From: Leucoraja erinacea
Taxonomy: Eukaryota
Length of the DNA: 64,000 bases
NCBI RefSeq assembly: GCF_028641065.1
Contig: NC_073398.1
Coordinates: 18,786,001 to 18,850,000 of the forward strand
Reading direction: 5' to 3'
This document shows, piece by piece, positions 1 to 14,146 of the stretch. The first letter of the stretch is position 1. Each line of letters begins with the position of its first letter. Below the pieces are notes generated by a model, which saw nothing but the letters and a program-made list of their open reading frames with translations, was not told where the DNA came from and did no database searches. Both the position numbers and the translations under genes were made by a program.

Positions 1-16
1 ATTTCGGGACTTGCGT

Positions 17-457
17 GGTTTAGACATTATTAGGTATGAGAGGTTCGACACACTTGGAATGTTTTCTCTGGTAACCTGAGGCTGACTGACAATCTGATAG
101 AAATGCATGAAAATATGAGAGGAATAGTTGGGATAGAGATGATCGTCCTTTTCCCAAAATGGAAATGTCAGATACTGGAGAGCATAGAATGAAAGTGAGT
201 GGGGGAAAGTTCGGAAATTAATTTGGCAGGTTTTAACACAGAGCGGTAAATGCCTGGAATGGGCTGCCAGGGAAGGTTATGAGAGCAGATATGGCAGCAG
301 CATTTAAGAGGCATTTAGACAGGCACATGAAAAAGGCTGTGTGTGGCAGGATATAGACCATGTGCAGGCAGATCTGTTGTTTAAATTGGCATTGTGATCA
401 GTGCATAAATCTTGGGCATAAAGGCCTGTTCCTTTGCTGTGCTGTTCAATGTTCTAT
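17..457 (+). mobile_element. CR1-clade (HER1-like) LINE 3' fragment
   Basis: Decayed RT C-terminus/3'UTR ending in the shared GGCCTGTTCCT..TGCTGT tail seen in other copies in the window. Confidence 0.75.
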
Positions 458-1473
458 ATTAACAGAACTGTAAATTATCTATTTAGTATTTTTAAATCAT
501 CAATATTTCAAAGGAGACCAGGATGTTAGCTTCATATCAATTAATATGCTTAACGTGGAACATACTAGGTTGCAAGTGCAGAAGTAAACAAAATCGGCCC
601 AGTGAAGTATGTTGTTATTCTGTGTGTGGAGAGACTATTCCGTTAGCTCAGAGGAAGCTTGACTCCCTGCTGCACAAATATTGATGTTGCATGAGGATAT
701 CAGCACCATCCAGTCATGCCTACTTGGGTTTCCATTCACTGGCAGAACTTAACAGCAGGCCTGCTGAGACCAGAAGAGCTCATTGCTCTGGTGTGAAAAT
801 TATATTCAATCCGTTTGAGATTTACGCCCGGTGAAGAATCCCAATAATGTGCTGCATGTAGATTGTTTATACTTTTGCCTGAGTCATACAAGATAAATTC
901 TTATCTTAGTAAGATTCACAGCTTTCCAGTTTAGCAGCAATAAGGTGTTCGGGATCAAGATCTGTGAAACAAATCAATGTGTGAATGTCCCTAACGTCCT
1001 GCACAAGGATCCATTGAATAAATATCAGTGAAGTTACACAGATAACTAGCTTGTCATACAGTGTCAGTTGTACAATTCTCGCGTGGCATTTGGCAATGTC
1101 AGAAATTGACACTGGATATATTACATGGATCTAGACAGACAGGGGATACATCTTCCAGCAGTCCAACTGAATTGATTAATCTTTAAAATACCAATAGTTT
1201 CATTACTGTCGCAAGGGTATCTGGAGGTTTTCAGTGTGGAATTAAGGTCATTGGTCATCCTTAATATAGTCAATAATTTATAAGAGAAAACATATGAAAT
1301 CAATAGATAGTAAAAATTCCAAACCATTATTTTATCCTTTGAACCACTGATAAATAAATTCATGTTCGATATCACTTTTATCACATTTAGAGTCCAAATT
1401 ACCTGCAGCGTTGGGTAAAACATGCCATGGGATGGGTTTGGCAAGTTCTAATTCAGGTAAAAAACACAAAGAC

Positions 1474-1749
1474 ACGGGTTAAATCCTGACCTTGGATATT
1501 GACTGTGTGGAGTTTGCATGTTCACCTTGTGATGCATGGGTTTCTTTTGGGTACTTCGGTTTCCTCCCACATCCCAAAGATGTGTGGGATTGTAGATTAA
1601 TTAGCCCATGTAAAATGGACGCTAAAGTGTAGGAAGTGGATGAGAAAGTGGGATAACATAGAACTGTGGTGTGAATGGGTGGTCCATGTCAGTGTGGACT
1701 CGATGGGCCAAACAGCCTGTTTCTGTGCTACATCTCTGAACTCTAAAAC
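1474..1749 (+). mobile_element. tRNA-derived V-SINE (HE1-like), 5' eroded
   Basis: Core GGTTTCCTCCCACATCCCAAAGA and CR1-like 3' tail. Confidence 0.8.
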
Positions 1750-1884
1750 AATTTATAAGAAAAAATAATTAAGAGGGTTATTCAAATAAAATATCAGAGT
1801 AAGTGCAGTTGTCAATGATTTTCACCAATAGACAGTGACCTGGCTAATGCCACTGATTCCCAATCAAACTACAGGAACCCACTG

Positions 1885-2275
1885 TTAGAGTAAGGCCACG
1901 TGCAAATTGGAGTAACTGCACCTCATATTTCACTTGGGCAGCTTACAACCCAGCGGCATGAATAATGATTTCTCATTACTTCAAGTAACCCCTTGGATTC
2001 CCTCTCTCTCCGTCCCTCCCCCATCCGTCCTCGTTTCACCATCTGTATTCCTTTGTTATCGCTTCACCCCCAGCCAACAATGGACCATTGTGGGTTCCAC
2101 CTTTCCTGAGTCATCAATGCAGGCTCTGCTTTGTTCTGTACCTTCCATACCTCTAGGGTCCCCCTCCCTGACTTAGTCTGATGAAGGGTCTCAACCAGAA
2201 ACATCACCTATTCCTTATCTCCAGAGGTGCTGCCTGACCCGCTGTGTTACTCCAGCATTTTGCGTCTATCTTCGG
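1885..2275 (+). mobile_element. Penelope-like element 3' end/pLTR fragment with hammerhead-like motif (2178-2205)
   Basis: Similar to 38870-38944 and 40184-40495; CTGATGAAGGGTCTCAACCAGAAACATC. Confidence 0.75.
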
Positions 2276-2457
2276 AGTTTAGCACCTCTTAGCACTGATA
2301 TATCGGTAGGCTGAGACAGCCAGTCACATCAAGTCAGATGGTGAAGCCCACTCTTGCTGAGGTTCCTCAGCACTACCCCTTCTCAGGGAAGGGTTACCTT
2401 GGTTAACTTGGTGACTCACTTCCTCCCATTGGTTAAGTCCATAGACAGGAAATTGCC

Positions 2458-2759
2458 TTTAGTTTAGTTTAGTCCCTTCGAGCCCACCGGGTCCGCGCCG
2501 ACCAGCAATCCCCACACAATAACACTCTCCTACATCCACTAAGGACAATTTTTACATTTACCTAGCCAATTAACCTACAAACCTGTACGTCTTTGGAGTG
2601 TGGGAGGAAACCAAAATTTCTCACAAAAAATCCACTCAGGTCATGGGGGAGAACGTACAAACTCCGTACAGACAGCCCCCGTAGTCGGGATCGAACCTAC
2701 GTCCCCGGCGCTGCATTCGCTGTGAGGCAGTAACTCTACCACTGCGCCACTGTGACCAC
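2458..2759 (-). mobile_element. HE1-like V-SINE
   Basis: A/B-box-like head, V core, (TAAAC)n tail on minus strand. Confidence 0.85.
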
Positions 2760-2904
2760 ATTGTGGAATTTATACTCAACGTCAAAGGAAATAAAAACAT
2801 CAGCTATCCCGTGGATTATCAATACTTACATTATGATTTTTTGCGAAAAAAACATTGACTCTCTGGAGTATTCTCAAGGATATGAAAACATTTCATATTT
2901 TATC

Positions 2905-3075
2905 ATGGTTTCATATTATTAAGGCAGAGGTAGATAGATTCTTGTTTAGTGCGGGTGTCAGCAGTTATGGGGAGAAGGCAGGTGTTGAGAGGGAGAGATA
3001 GATCAGCCATGATTGAATGGCGGAGTAGACTTGATGAGTCGAATGGCCTGATTCTGCTCCTATCACTAATGGACA
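2905..3075 (+). mobile_element. CR1 LINE 3' end
   Basis: GATCAGCCATGATTGAATGGCGGAG 3'UTR motif shared with several copies. Confidence 0.7.
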
Positions 3076-4267
3076 TGAGCATTCCGACCAACATGCCCCA
3101 TCCACACAAGTAACATGTATTCAATTAATTTGGAGGAAAATATTAATGAGCCCAGATGCAATTGATAGCCAATGAAAAAATTATCCCATGTGATATGTGA
3201 AATAAAAATATTAAAACTATAAGTATTATATACTTAACCATATAAAATGGTTGAAAACCTACACACTGAGGACATCAAAAACACAAAATGAATGCAAACT
3301 TGTTTTCCTCTCATTAAACTACACAGACCTCGAGCATCTTAAAATGATTGGCATTAAAATCCGATTAACAAAATATTTGATAGTGCAAATCCACCTCCTT
3401 CAGGCTTGGCGAGTGAATAGATTAATGGAACAAGCTTGAACAAATTGCATTGGACATAAGTCAAAGATATCACATCAGACGGAGCATGCAATTGAGCTTC
3501 ATCAGGCATTTCTGTTATCAGACGGATAAACTGTTCTTGAAGAGCAATAAGCCAAATAAAACACAATGTCTTGGACCCTTATGCTTTCACAATTTCTTGT
3601 TGATAATTATGCTGTTCATTTTCATCAAATGAAACTGATATTTTAAGATGTGACATGGTTTCATAACTTTCAATTATTCTCTGTGATGTTATTACATTGA
3701 TTATAAAATGCAGTATAGTGCAATAAAACAGTTGCTCATGAGTTTATGACCTGGTTACCAAGAACATAAAGAAAATGAAATCTGTCAAATTAATATGCTG
3801 ACATGCTTTGCTTTGGTATGAAATTCCTTTGTTTATCACTTATAAAGACATGTTAACTAACAAAATAAACAGCTTAACAACACCATTAAAATAATACACT
3901 GTGAATAATCTTGATCCACGATTCAGATTTTTATACGTCTTTAGTTGATTTAAAAAAAAAGATGTTGTATAATAAGGATGGGTGTTGGGGTTCATGCTGT
4001 TTGGATTAACAACTTTGAGTTGAGCCGAAGGGCCTGTCCCTGTGCTGTAAGACTCACTGTGAATATAAAAGGCATCATTAGTAAAATTGCAAATGACAAA
4101 AAAAAATGGCAGTTGTTGATAGTGAGAAGGATAGAGGCTTGGGAATGATACAGTTCAGTTTAGTTTATTGTCACGTTATATACTGAGTAATAACTGATGA
4201 AATTTAACCCCGATAAGTGTAAGGTGAGGCACATTGGGAGATCCGATAAAGATGGAACATACACGGA

Positions 4268-5220
4268 ACATAGAATGTAGATAGAACACAGAACAGTACA
4301 GCACAGGAACAGGCCCATCAGCACACAATGTCCCTGCCAAACATTCTGCCAAGTTAAACTGATCTCCTCTGCCTGCATATGATCCATATCCCTCCATTCT
4401 CTGCATATTAATGCCTATCTAAAAACCTCTGTAATGCCACTATCATTTCTGCCTCCACCACCCCTACCCCTGTCAGCGAGTTCCAGGCACCCACCACACT
4501 GTGTAAAAAGCTTGCCCCACACATTTATTTCCTAAACGTTGCCATTCTCATCTTAAAGCTATGACCTCTTGCCTCTAACATTCCCACACTGGGAGAAAAG
4601 TTCCGGCAGTCTACCTCTCATAATTTTATAGACTTCTATCAGGTCTTCTCTCAACTTCCAATGCTCCAGATAAAACAACTTAAGTTTGCCCAACCTCTCC
4701 TAATTGCTAAAATCCTTTAATCCAAGCAGCATTCTGGTAAACCACTTCTGCACCCTCTCCAAAGCCTCGACATTCTTCCTGTAAAGGGGCGACCAGAACT
4801 GAACATGATTTTAAATACAGTCTAACCAAAGTCTTATAAAGCTGCAACATAACTTCCTGACTCTTATATTAAATGCCCCGACCGATGAAAGCAAGCATAC
4901 TATATGCCTTCTTTACCTTTCTGTCTACTTGTATTGCCACTTTCAGGGAGCTATGGAGTTGGATCCCAAGATCTCTCTGTACATCAATGCTGTTATGGGT
5001 CTTGCCATTAACTGTATACTTTCCCCTTACATTCGACCTCCCAAAGTGCAACAGCTCACACATTTGCTTGGATTAAAGCCCATCTACTATTTCTCCACAT
5101 ATTTCTACAACTGGTCTAGATCCCCCTATATACTTTGACAATACACTTTTCTCGCTGTCCGCAGCTCCGCCAAATTTGGTGTCACCTGCAAGCTTAAAAC
5201 CATCTACATTTATGTCCAAA
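4268..5220 (-). mobile_element. CR1-clade LINE, 5'-truncated, decayed RT C-terminus and 3'UTR
   Basis: ORF pieces FKLAGDTKFGG (FADDTK motif) and CELLHFGRSN..QRDLGIQLHSSLKVAIQVDR..MLAFIGRGI. Confidence 0.9.
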
Positions 5221-5221
5221 C

Positions 5222-5470
5222 ATAGACACAAAGTTCTAGAGTAACCCAATGAGACAGGCAGCATCTCTGAAGAAAAAGGATGGGTGACATTTCTAGTCAG
5301 GACCTTTCTTCAGACCGAAAATACGGGGTGCGGAGGGAGGGGGTGAAGAGCTGGAGGGGAGAAAAGACCAGGATCAACCAGGGCCCGAATGACTTCACAA
5401 ATGACTTCAGGCAGGGAGGTGCCTGGTAAGCCCATTGTTGGCTAGGTAAAGTGTGATCTCAAGAGGGAGC
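5222..5470 (-). mobile_element. Penelope pLTR fragment with degenerate hammerhead (5286-5313)
   Basis: Reverse complement of the 2050-2270 type sequence. Confidence 0.7.
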
Positions 5471-5584
5471 AGTTCCTTGTTTCTACATTTGTTCCCAAGT
5501 CGTTTATTTATATACAAACATCAAGAGAACCCAGCCTATACCCCTGATACCGCATTGGTCACAGACGCTCACATCATCAATTGT

Positions 5585-6250
5585 AGGCTTCAAGCAGGTA
5601 TTGATCAAAAAAGGCACCTTGGTGTACAAATTAAAAGATTCCTGAAGGTGGCAAAAGCGGTAGGTAGATATGTGGTAATTAGGGCATACAAGATTCTTGC
5701 CTTCATTAGCTAGGGCGCAGTTATTAGAGCAGGGAGGTCTTGGTACACCTTTATGAAACGTTGGGCGGTGCACAGATGGAACATTGTTTCCATGTCCAGT
5801 TGTCAGATTAAAAGGACGTGATTGCACTAGGTAAAGGCACAGAGGAGATTCAGCAGGAGGATGCCTAGGGTGCAAAGTTACAGTTATGAAAAAAGATGCG
5901 ATCGGCTGAGTTTGTTTATCTTAGAACAAAGAAAGCAGAGAGGGTATGTGATAAATATGTATCAGCAGGGATCGAGAGCTATTTTTCCCCTGTGACCCAT
6001 AGATTTCAGGTACAGAGTTAAAGTTTCAATGCAGTGTGCAGTCAGGACATGGAACACACTGCCTGAGGTGGTGATTGTTGCAGGTACTGCTGCAACTTTT
6101 AAAAAGCATTTAGATGAGCATTTGAATCACCAAGGCAGTAGGCAATGGGCCAAATGTTGTTAAATGGGGTTAGTGAGGATAGGTATTTGTTGGCATAGAC
6201 ATGATCGACTGAGGAGTTTATTTCACTGCTACATGGCCGTGTGCCTCTGT
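5585..6250 (+). mobile_element. Old CR1 LINE 3' fragment
   Basis: QKRHLGVQIKRFLKVAKAV..AYKILAFIS resembles CR1 RT C-terminus; 3'UTR follows. Confidence 0.75.
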
Positions 6251-6334
6251 GTCTGGTGTAAAATGGGGTAAACTAGATTTCTAAGAACTCCATTGCTCAC
6301 AAGATTTCAATAGGTATGGAGCCATAATGAATGT

Positions 6335-6427
6335 GGACAAAAATGCTGGAGAAACTCAGCAGGTGAGGCAGTATCTATGGAGCAAAGGAAATAGGCAACA
6401 TTTCAGATCAAAACCCTTCTTCAGATC
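6335..6427 (-). mobile_element. 93-bp Penelope pLTR-derived mini insertion with 15-bp TSD
   Basis: AGCCATAATGAATGT at 6320-6334 and 6428-6442; hammerhead-like motif 6397-6424. Confidence 0.8.
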
Positions 6428-6441
6428 AGCCATAATGAATG

Positions 6442-6750
6442 TTTAGTTTAGTTAGAGATACAGCACAGAAACAGGCCCTTCGGCACACCGAGTCCGCACT
6501 AACCAGCGATCCCCGCACAATAACCCGACCCTACACACACTAGGGACAATTTACACATTCACCAAGCCAATTAACCTACATAGCTGTGGAGTGTGGAAGG
6601 AAACTGAAGATCTCTGAGAAAACCCACACGGTCACAGGGAGAATATATAAACTTCGTACAGACAGCACCCGTAGTCGGGATCGAACCCGGGTCTCCGGCG
6701 CTGCAAACACTGTAAAGCAGCAAATCTACCGCTGTGCCACCGTGGCTGCC
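6442..6750 (-). mobile_element. HE1-like V-SINE, full length
   Basis: GGCACAGCGGTAGA head, GGTTCGATCCCG B box, V core, tail. Confidence 0.9.
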
Positions 6751-7782
6751 TTTTAAGTGCCCTATAAGTGTTGGGCTGGACTTTGCTGAGCCGGATCTGC
6801 TCATTGTACTCACCATTGAATTAATTCAATAGCAAGATTGAACTACAGGCAGTCCCAGGCGAAATAATCTAACTGTGGAAATATTAGAGCGACATTATGA
6901 ATGCATACACAAATACTTGGCATGAACTGTCTAAACAAGTAGTGAAAGGAGATGCAGTTGGGTATTGAAGAGGAAATTAGACAAATACTTGAAAAGGTTT
7001 TTTTTCAAGACTCTCAGGAAAGAATTATGAAGTAAAATTAATTGTTTTCATATCTCATAGAGCTGATAAAAACAAAAAGGGCCAGATGTCTTCCCATTAT
7101 AGTGTTGTACAATTCACTAATTATTATTAATGTTATAATTTGGAATAACTGAGTGAATGGAACTATCATCAGCTGAATGACTCTCAAATGACTTTTAAAC
7201 TTGAAATTGCATGTCAAATAGACGGTGCAGAGGACAACATAATGATTTCTCCTTCCAGGTACGAGAGGTTTAACAGGAATTCGATGAAATAATTAACAGG
7301 TTGAAATGATTTGAACTGAAAGTGCATTCATTCCTGCAATGTTCTTTTTAAAAGCGAAGCACATTATTTATATTTAAATGGATATTATGGAAGGAAAAGA
7401 AGAGAAAGATACATTTGTTTTATTAATAGTGACTTGATGGCACAAGATCAGTGTTTTCATTTGATACTGTTTCTAGATGTTCATTCATCAAACACGTATT
7501 GATTCTGTGCATTTTAATTAATATAGATTGGCTCTCCCTGTTTGTGATTATTTAATGTGCAAGGATTTCACTATCCTCATTGTATCCCAGTTAGCAGGAA
7601 GCATTAATTTATAAATTTATTCATTTTATTTTTAATAAAGGTATCAATAATAAGATCTATGAACAACAAAACTGAATTTACTGTGATTATATGTTTTGTC
7701 TCACACTGCTATGTCCGACATCTTAGCATCAGATAAAAACATTGTTATTATTTCCCACAGTTTCTGATTTGATTGTATTTTC

Positions 7783-9210
7783 AGAAGATCCTTCTGGGGG
7801 GTGGACCCTCGGAAAGCTCCTGGACCTGATGGCATAACCGGTCGTGTTCTAAAAACCTGGGCGGACCAACTGGCTGGAGTTTTTATGGACATTTTCAACC
7901 TCTCACTTCTGTGGTCGGAGGTTCCCACCTGTTTTAAAAGCGCATCAATAATACAGGTGTCCAAGAAGAGCAAGTTGATGTGCTTCAATGACTATCGACC
8001 AGTGGCACTAACGTCAGTGGTGATGAAGTGCTTTGAGAGATTGATTATGGCGCATATCAACTCCTACCTTGACAAGAACCTCGACAAGAACCTTGACCCA
8101 CTGCAGTTCGCTTACCACCATAACAGATCAACGGTGGATGCAATCTCACTGGCTCTCCACTCCACTCTGGACCACTTGGACAACAAAAACTCATATGTAG
8201 GGCTGTTATTCATTGACTACAGCTCGGCATTTAATACAATCATCCTCTCCAAGCTGGTTACCAAGCTCTCAGATCTGGGTCTCTGCGCATCCCTCTGCAA
8301 TTGGATCCTCGACTTCCTCATCCACAGACCATTGGTGGAAATGTGTCACCCTTGATAACAATCAGCATGGGAGCACCTCAAGGCTGCGTGCTCAGCCTTC
8401 TGCTTTACTCACTCTATACTCCTGACTGCGTAGGCAGACATAGTGCAAACTCCATCATCAAGTTTGCCGACGACACCACTGTTGTGAGACGAATCACTGA
8501 TGGGGACGATTCAGAGTATAGAAGTGAGATCGACCAATTGACCAAATGGTGCCAACACAATAACCTGGCTCTCAACACCAGCAAAACCAAGGAACTGATT
8601 GTGGACTTTGGAAGGGGTAGAATAGGGACCCACAATCCTGTTTACATCAACGGGACGCTGGTTTAAAGGGACAAGAACTTCAGATTTCTGGGCGTGCACA
8701 TTTCCGAAGATCTTTCCTGGTCCCAGCACACTGATGCAATCATAAAGAAAGCACATCAATGCCTCTACTTCCTGAGAAGACAACAGAGAGTTGTCATGTC
8801 AAAGAGGACTCTCTCGAACTTCTACAGGTGCACAGTAGAGAGCATGCTGACTGGTTGCATTGTGGCTTGGTTTGGCAACCTGAGGGTGTAGGAGCGGAAA
8901 AGGATGCAGAAAGTTGTAACCACTGCCCAGTCCATCATTGGTTCTGACCTCAAAAAGACAGCCAACATCATCAAGGGCCCACACCATCCTGGCCACGCAC
9001 TCATCTCTCCGCTACCATCGGGCAGAAGGTACAGGAGCCTGGAATCTGTTACATCCAGGTTCAGGAACAGCCTCTTCCCCACAGCATTCAGGCTATTAAA
9101 CTTGCCAACAAACATAATCTGAACTGTAACAGCCTATAGCTGCAGCAAGCAAGAATTTAATTGTCATATCTGGGAAACATGACAATAAACTCTCTTGACT
9201 TGACTTGACT
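7783..9210 (+). mobile_element. Rex1/Babar-type LINE, 5'-truncated, frameshifted RT
   Basis: [62 protein letters not shown]; tail ACAATAAAC..(TTGAC)n. Confidence 0.93.
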
Positions 9211-9336
9211 TCCTTTTACAAAACACCTCCCAAGCCCACAACCTCTTCCACCAAGAGGACAGAGTACAACAGGCACATGTGAACACCAATGCCAGAGTTT
9301 TCCCTCCAAGTTACACACTCTTCTGACTTAAAAATA

Positions 9337-9495
9337 TGTGGGAGGAAATCGAAGATCTCTGAGAAAACCCACGCAGATCACGGGAAGAACGTGCAATCTC
9401 CGTACAGACAGCACGCATAGTCGTGAATAAACCCGGGTCTCTGGCGCTGTAAATCCTGTAAGTCAGCAACTCTACCGCTGTGCCACCATGACACC
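9337..9495 (-). mobile_element. HE1-like SINE 5' half
   Basis: tRNA-like head and part of V core. Confidence 0.75.
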
Positions 9496-10995
9496 TCAAT
9501 TGTATTCTTCATTTTGATTAGAATTATTGTAAAAGATTAGGGTCGGAACCCATTTTTCAATGTTTGGCATTAAATAATTAATGATAACATGATCAGGTAT
9601 GGGAAATGCAATGAGCAAATGAAATATTTGTTAGGGTAACAGGTGGGCAGAAGTCCATTGGAAAGGGACCTAAACCCAATTAAACAGATGGCCGAGTGGG
9701 ACTAGTATAGATGGGGCATTTTGGTCAGCATGGGCAAGGTGGGCCAAAGGGCCTGTTGCCATGCTATATGACTCTATATCTCTGTCAGGCACTTTTTTTT
9801 ATATATACACATGGTTTAAGCCACAGTGTGGAGTGACCACCACTTAGAGGATGTTCAATGCCTTTGCTCGTGATTCCCTAGGAGACAAGCGAACAATGTG
9901 ATCCCGTGCATGAAACAGGCCACTTGGCAAAACAATCCAAGCAGTGCTCCACTTGTGCCTTCTCCCATTCTCTCTCATTTAACTCCATTAAACATATCCT
10001 CTAGTTCCTTAATCTTTGTGTGTTTATCAGCCTTACTTCAAAATATATCCATCATTTATTTCAGCAGCTACTATCTTGTTAAGCAATTATACAATTCATA
10101 TAAAGTGCAATGAGTTTAATCAAATTGATGTGCATTGCCCCTTGCAGTTAACAGCTTTCTTTCAAACTTTTTATTTTGTGTGCAATCTTTCAATTCACAG
10201 GAACTTATTTCAAGAGTCCTGACAACCTACAGCATGGACTCCTAAAAGTAAGGTACAAGAAAGGGCACAGTCTTAAACAAATGAAAATGAATTAAGCTAG
10301 AAACAAATCTATTGCTTGGAAATAATACATGTTAAGTGAGCTTTTCTCCTATTTTAATGAGCAGTATGCAATACTGGATGTGGAATTCTCGTTACTGGGA
10401 ATTCTCGAAGGGAAATGGGAAATAAGCTGCACAAACTACTACACTTAAATAATGCCGATGCTTGTACTGTATCATCAATACACCCCTTGAAATTTAGTTG
10501 CCAAACATGAACCATCTAAATGTATAATACATTTGCTTCTTGGATAATTCACGTTTGTTGCATTTAAATAAAATTATTGAAGATCTAAATTCTGGTGCAA
10601 AACGATTATTCAGATGATCAGACATTGAATAATAATAGTTTAGATCTGATATGTCTAATTTTATGAACAAAACAAATATAAATTATTTAATTTAATTTCA
10701 ACTGCAGGCTTGACATAAATTTTCCTTAGCCCATTACAGCAACATTAGACCATAAATAAATATTTTCCTTGACTCTTTCATTAATTCTTTTTGTGACTGT
10801 TAATTGACTGATGAGGCAAACACACCAAAAACCTCATTATCTCTTTTATTTTAGTTTCAAATTATCTTTGACCTGAAGTGTATTGCTGCAATTTTCTGCT
10901 TTTTATCAATTATTAGTATTAACAACTAAGATTATTATTCATCTATACAAATTCTCGCAGATCCTTTTTGATTCTGAAATGACATGTTCTTATGA

Positions 10996-11243
10996 AGGGC
11001 ATGTCCCACTTTCGAGATCTAATTCACGACCTCTGCTGAGTTTGCCCTTGACTCATACTTGCAGCATGGTCGTCATGAGGTCGTAGGAGGTCATAGGAGG
11101 TCATAGGTAGGTCGTAGGTAGGTCGTGATGCTAGTCTTAGGTACTCGTGGCATCAAGCAGGTCGGCCCATTTTTGCAACATGATGAAAAATGTCCACGAG
11201 TAAAAAAGGGTGTGAATTAAGTCGTGAAAGTGACATAGGTCCT
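10996..11243. mobile_element. PIF/Harbinger-type MITE, degenerate
   Basis: Imperfect TIRs AGGGCATGTCCCACTTT / AAAGTGACATAGGTCCT, TTA on the right flank, internal GGTCGTAGG repeats. Confidence 0.65.
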
Positions 11244-11460
11244 TTAAAGTTCAAGTAACACGGTGAAAGTTCTCTGCTCACATAACAGATAATGCATAAA
11301 AACAAGAACTCAATGCTTTTAACCCTGGACCATTCAATGTATTAAAATTATATGACAACTTATTTTGGGTGCATCTATCAAGCCATGAGCAGAACAAAAC
11401 AAGGATTAAGTGAAATAAATAATATGCTTACCTTGTTCTGTTTGAACTCTAAATACAATA

Positions 11461-11770
11461 GGGTGACCCCGTGGCGCAGTGGTCAAATTGTTGCCTTACA
11501 GCGCCAGAGAACCGGGTTCGATCTTGATTGTGGCTGCTATCTGCTCAGAATTTGTACATACGCTCAGAGACCATGTGGGTTTTCCCTGGGTGCTCCGGTT
11601 TCCTCTTACACTCCAAAGACGTACAGGTTTGTAGGTTAATTGGCTTTGGTAAAAATTGTTAAAATTGTCCCCAGTGTGTAGGATAGTGCTAGTGTATGGG
11701 GACTACTGGTTGGCACAGACTTGGTGGGCCAACGGGCCTGTTTCCATGCTATATCTCTAAACAAAACAAA
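11461..11770 (+). mobile_element. HE1-like V-SINE
   Basis: Head, V core, tail. Confidence 0.85.
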
Positions 11771-12339
11771 AAAAAGTTCACATATATTCATTATTTATGG
11801 CATTTAAGTAAATGAGGTGCAATGTTCCTTCTTCCTTAAATAGCCTCATAGAAATAATTTATTGTCTACTGTGATGCATATTAATAAACTAGGCAATCTT
11901 CAATAATTGTCTAAACTTTGATAAAATGATGTTACCTGGCTTTGTTTTAAATTGGTTATCCGGTTTGTATGTAATTGTAATTGTAATGTAATTGTAATGT
12001 AAGTATCAGCCAGTCATAATTGCTCTTTTCCCATCCTCTGTAATAATTGAATGAAATCCTGATGAGTGTATATCTTCAAACTGTGTGCTTTCAGCAGCCA
12101 TGGTTCACTAAACAGATGGGTAGATCAAAATCAAAATACAAGTTGATTATTAATAATTTTCAGAGTATGACCAGGAGACCAATGAAATATTGGAGAACAA
12201 TCAAACGGACAATAGACCTCTTCCATTCCATTCATTGATATGTATTATGATGACTCTAATGGTTTTTGATTTAATATCCAACATTCATTTTATTTTTTAT
12301 CAACAACTAATAGCATTATTAGTTTAGAGTTTAGTTTAT

Positions 12340-12787
12340 AGTTCATAAGTTACAGGAGAAGAATTAGGCCATTCGGCCCATCAAGCCTACTGTGATTCAA
12401 TCATGGCTGATCTATCTTAATCCCTCAAACCCATTCTCTTGCCTTCTCCCCATAACTGCTGATACCCGCTACATTTAGTTTAGAGATAAGATGTGGAAAC
12501 AGGCCCTACGGCCCACTGAGTCCATACCAACCACCGATCACCCGTACATTAGTTCTATGTTATTCCACTATTGCATTATACAAACTATGGACAATTTACA
12601 GAGGCAAATTAACCTACAAACCTGCAAATCTTTGGAATGTGGGGGGAAACCGGAATGCCCAGAGGAAACCCAAGCAATCACTGGGAGGACAAGCAAACAC
12701 CATACAGATAGCACCCATCGTCAGAATCGAACGCAGGTCTCTGGCGTTGTGAGGCAGCAGCTCTACCATTGTGTCACTATGCTGCCG
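12340..12787 (-). mobile_element. CR1 3' end (12340-12470) followed by HE1-like SINE (12474-12787)
   Basis: Shared family motifs on minus strand. Confidence 0.8.
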
Positions 12788-13126
12788 AGTAATTAATTTA
12801 TTTGTAATTATTATTTGATAAAAATTCACAAAGATCCTTTGTGATGCTGAAAAAACATAAAGATATTGATGTTAAAAGCAACAGTTAATGCACTCTGCTC
12901 ACATGATATAAAGATTAATTTTAATAAATTAAAACTAAATAATAAATAATAATGAATAAAAAACAAAACATTAAAAAAATAATGACTTAAATCACGTAAA
13001 TAATCTCAATGTTTGCACATTTCAGCAGCTGTCTGTCTGAGTATTGTGAGCTGCTTAACTCCAGCTATCATTAGATCCAGAATCAATCTCTGGGTAAAAG
13101 TTTCCTCCTGAGGCAATGGGCTGTAC

Positions 13127-13365
13127 TAGAAACATAGAAACATAGAAAATAGATGCAGGAGGAGGCCATTCGGCCCTTTGAGCCAGCACCGCCATTCATT
13201 GTGATCATGGCTGATCGTCGCCAATCAATAACCCATGCCTGCCTTCTCCCCATATCCCTTGATTCCACTAGCCCCTATCAAACTCTCTCTTAAATCCATC
13301 CAGTGATTTAGCCTCCACTGCCCTCTGTGGCAGGGAATTCCACAAGTTCACAACTCTTTGGGATA
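13127..13365 (-). mobile_element. CR1 LINE 3' end
   Basis: (TAGAAACA)n tail and 3'UTR. Confidence 0.8.
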
Positions 13366-13375
13366 AAAATAAATG

Positions 13376-13417
13376 GTATTTTATTGTATTGTATTGTATT
13401 GTATTGTATTGTATTGT
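13376..13417. repeat. (ATTGT)n microsatellite
   Basis: Direct pentamer repeats. Confidence 0.9.
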
Positions 13418-13653
13418 AAGATCACACAATTATGTGACAGGTTCAATGGGCTCAGTGGGTGTAGAACAGGCTCTTTACATATTGCACCTCAGAGACAAGC
13501 AGATACAGGCAATGTATGCATTTGGTTCTTTGGTTTATGAAAATGATCCCCTACAGGATCCGAAAAAAATTGATGTAAGGAAAGAAATTTACTTTCACAT
13601 TTAAAAAAAAGTAAATAAATCAGCATTTATTTTTAAAAAAAAGTAAATATTTT

Positions 13654-13748
13654 TGAAGAAGGGTTTCGGCCCGAAACGTTGCCTATTTCCTGTGCTCCAT
13701 AGATGCTGCCTCACCCGCTGAGTTTCTCCAGCATTTTTGTCTACCTAC
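13654..13748 (+). mobile_element. Penelope pLTR mini insertion with hammerhead-like motif
   Basis: TGAAGAAGGGTTTCGGCCCGAAACGTT; CATTTATTTTT at 13624 and 13749. Confidence 0.75.
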
Positions 13749-14146
13749 CATTTATTTTTTAAGGTGTCTTTCATATGGCATTTGCCAGTGAGTGGCTTTG
13801 TGTTATTGATAATTGCACGATGGAACATTTTCTAGAAACCTCCACCCCTCTAATATGCAGGTCAATAGTAGTTTTTATGGCTCTAGGAACCCAGGCAACA
13901 TCCTTCTCGTTTGGATTGAAATTACAGGTGTTGAATTCTCTACTTCTGGCCACTTGTGTTCCAGAACTACTAGAGCAAAAAAAAAAGGATAATAAAGTTT
14001 AAGAAATACTGTAAGAGTAGTTGTAAAATTGTGTCACGGTTAGGTATGTGTCAGTAATGAAACCACTGAGAAGGAGAATAAAACATAAGGGGAAAATGAG
14101 GCAGATTCAGAACTTGGAGAATGTCACAGTTCATAGGATGAATCAA

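Noticed and set aside
906-1444. Two adjacent minus-strand ORFs in unique sequence
   Set aside because: No recognisable protein or convincing splice structure
7246-7266. AG|GT recursive-splice-like motif TTTCTCCTTCCAGGTACGA
   Set aside because: Expected by chance; host transcript orientation unknown
11461-11530. tRNA-like A/B boxes
   Set aside because: SINE heads; no intact cloverleaf
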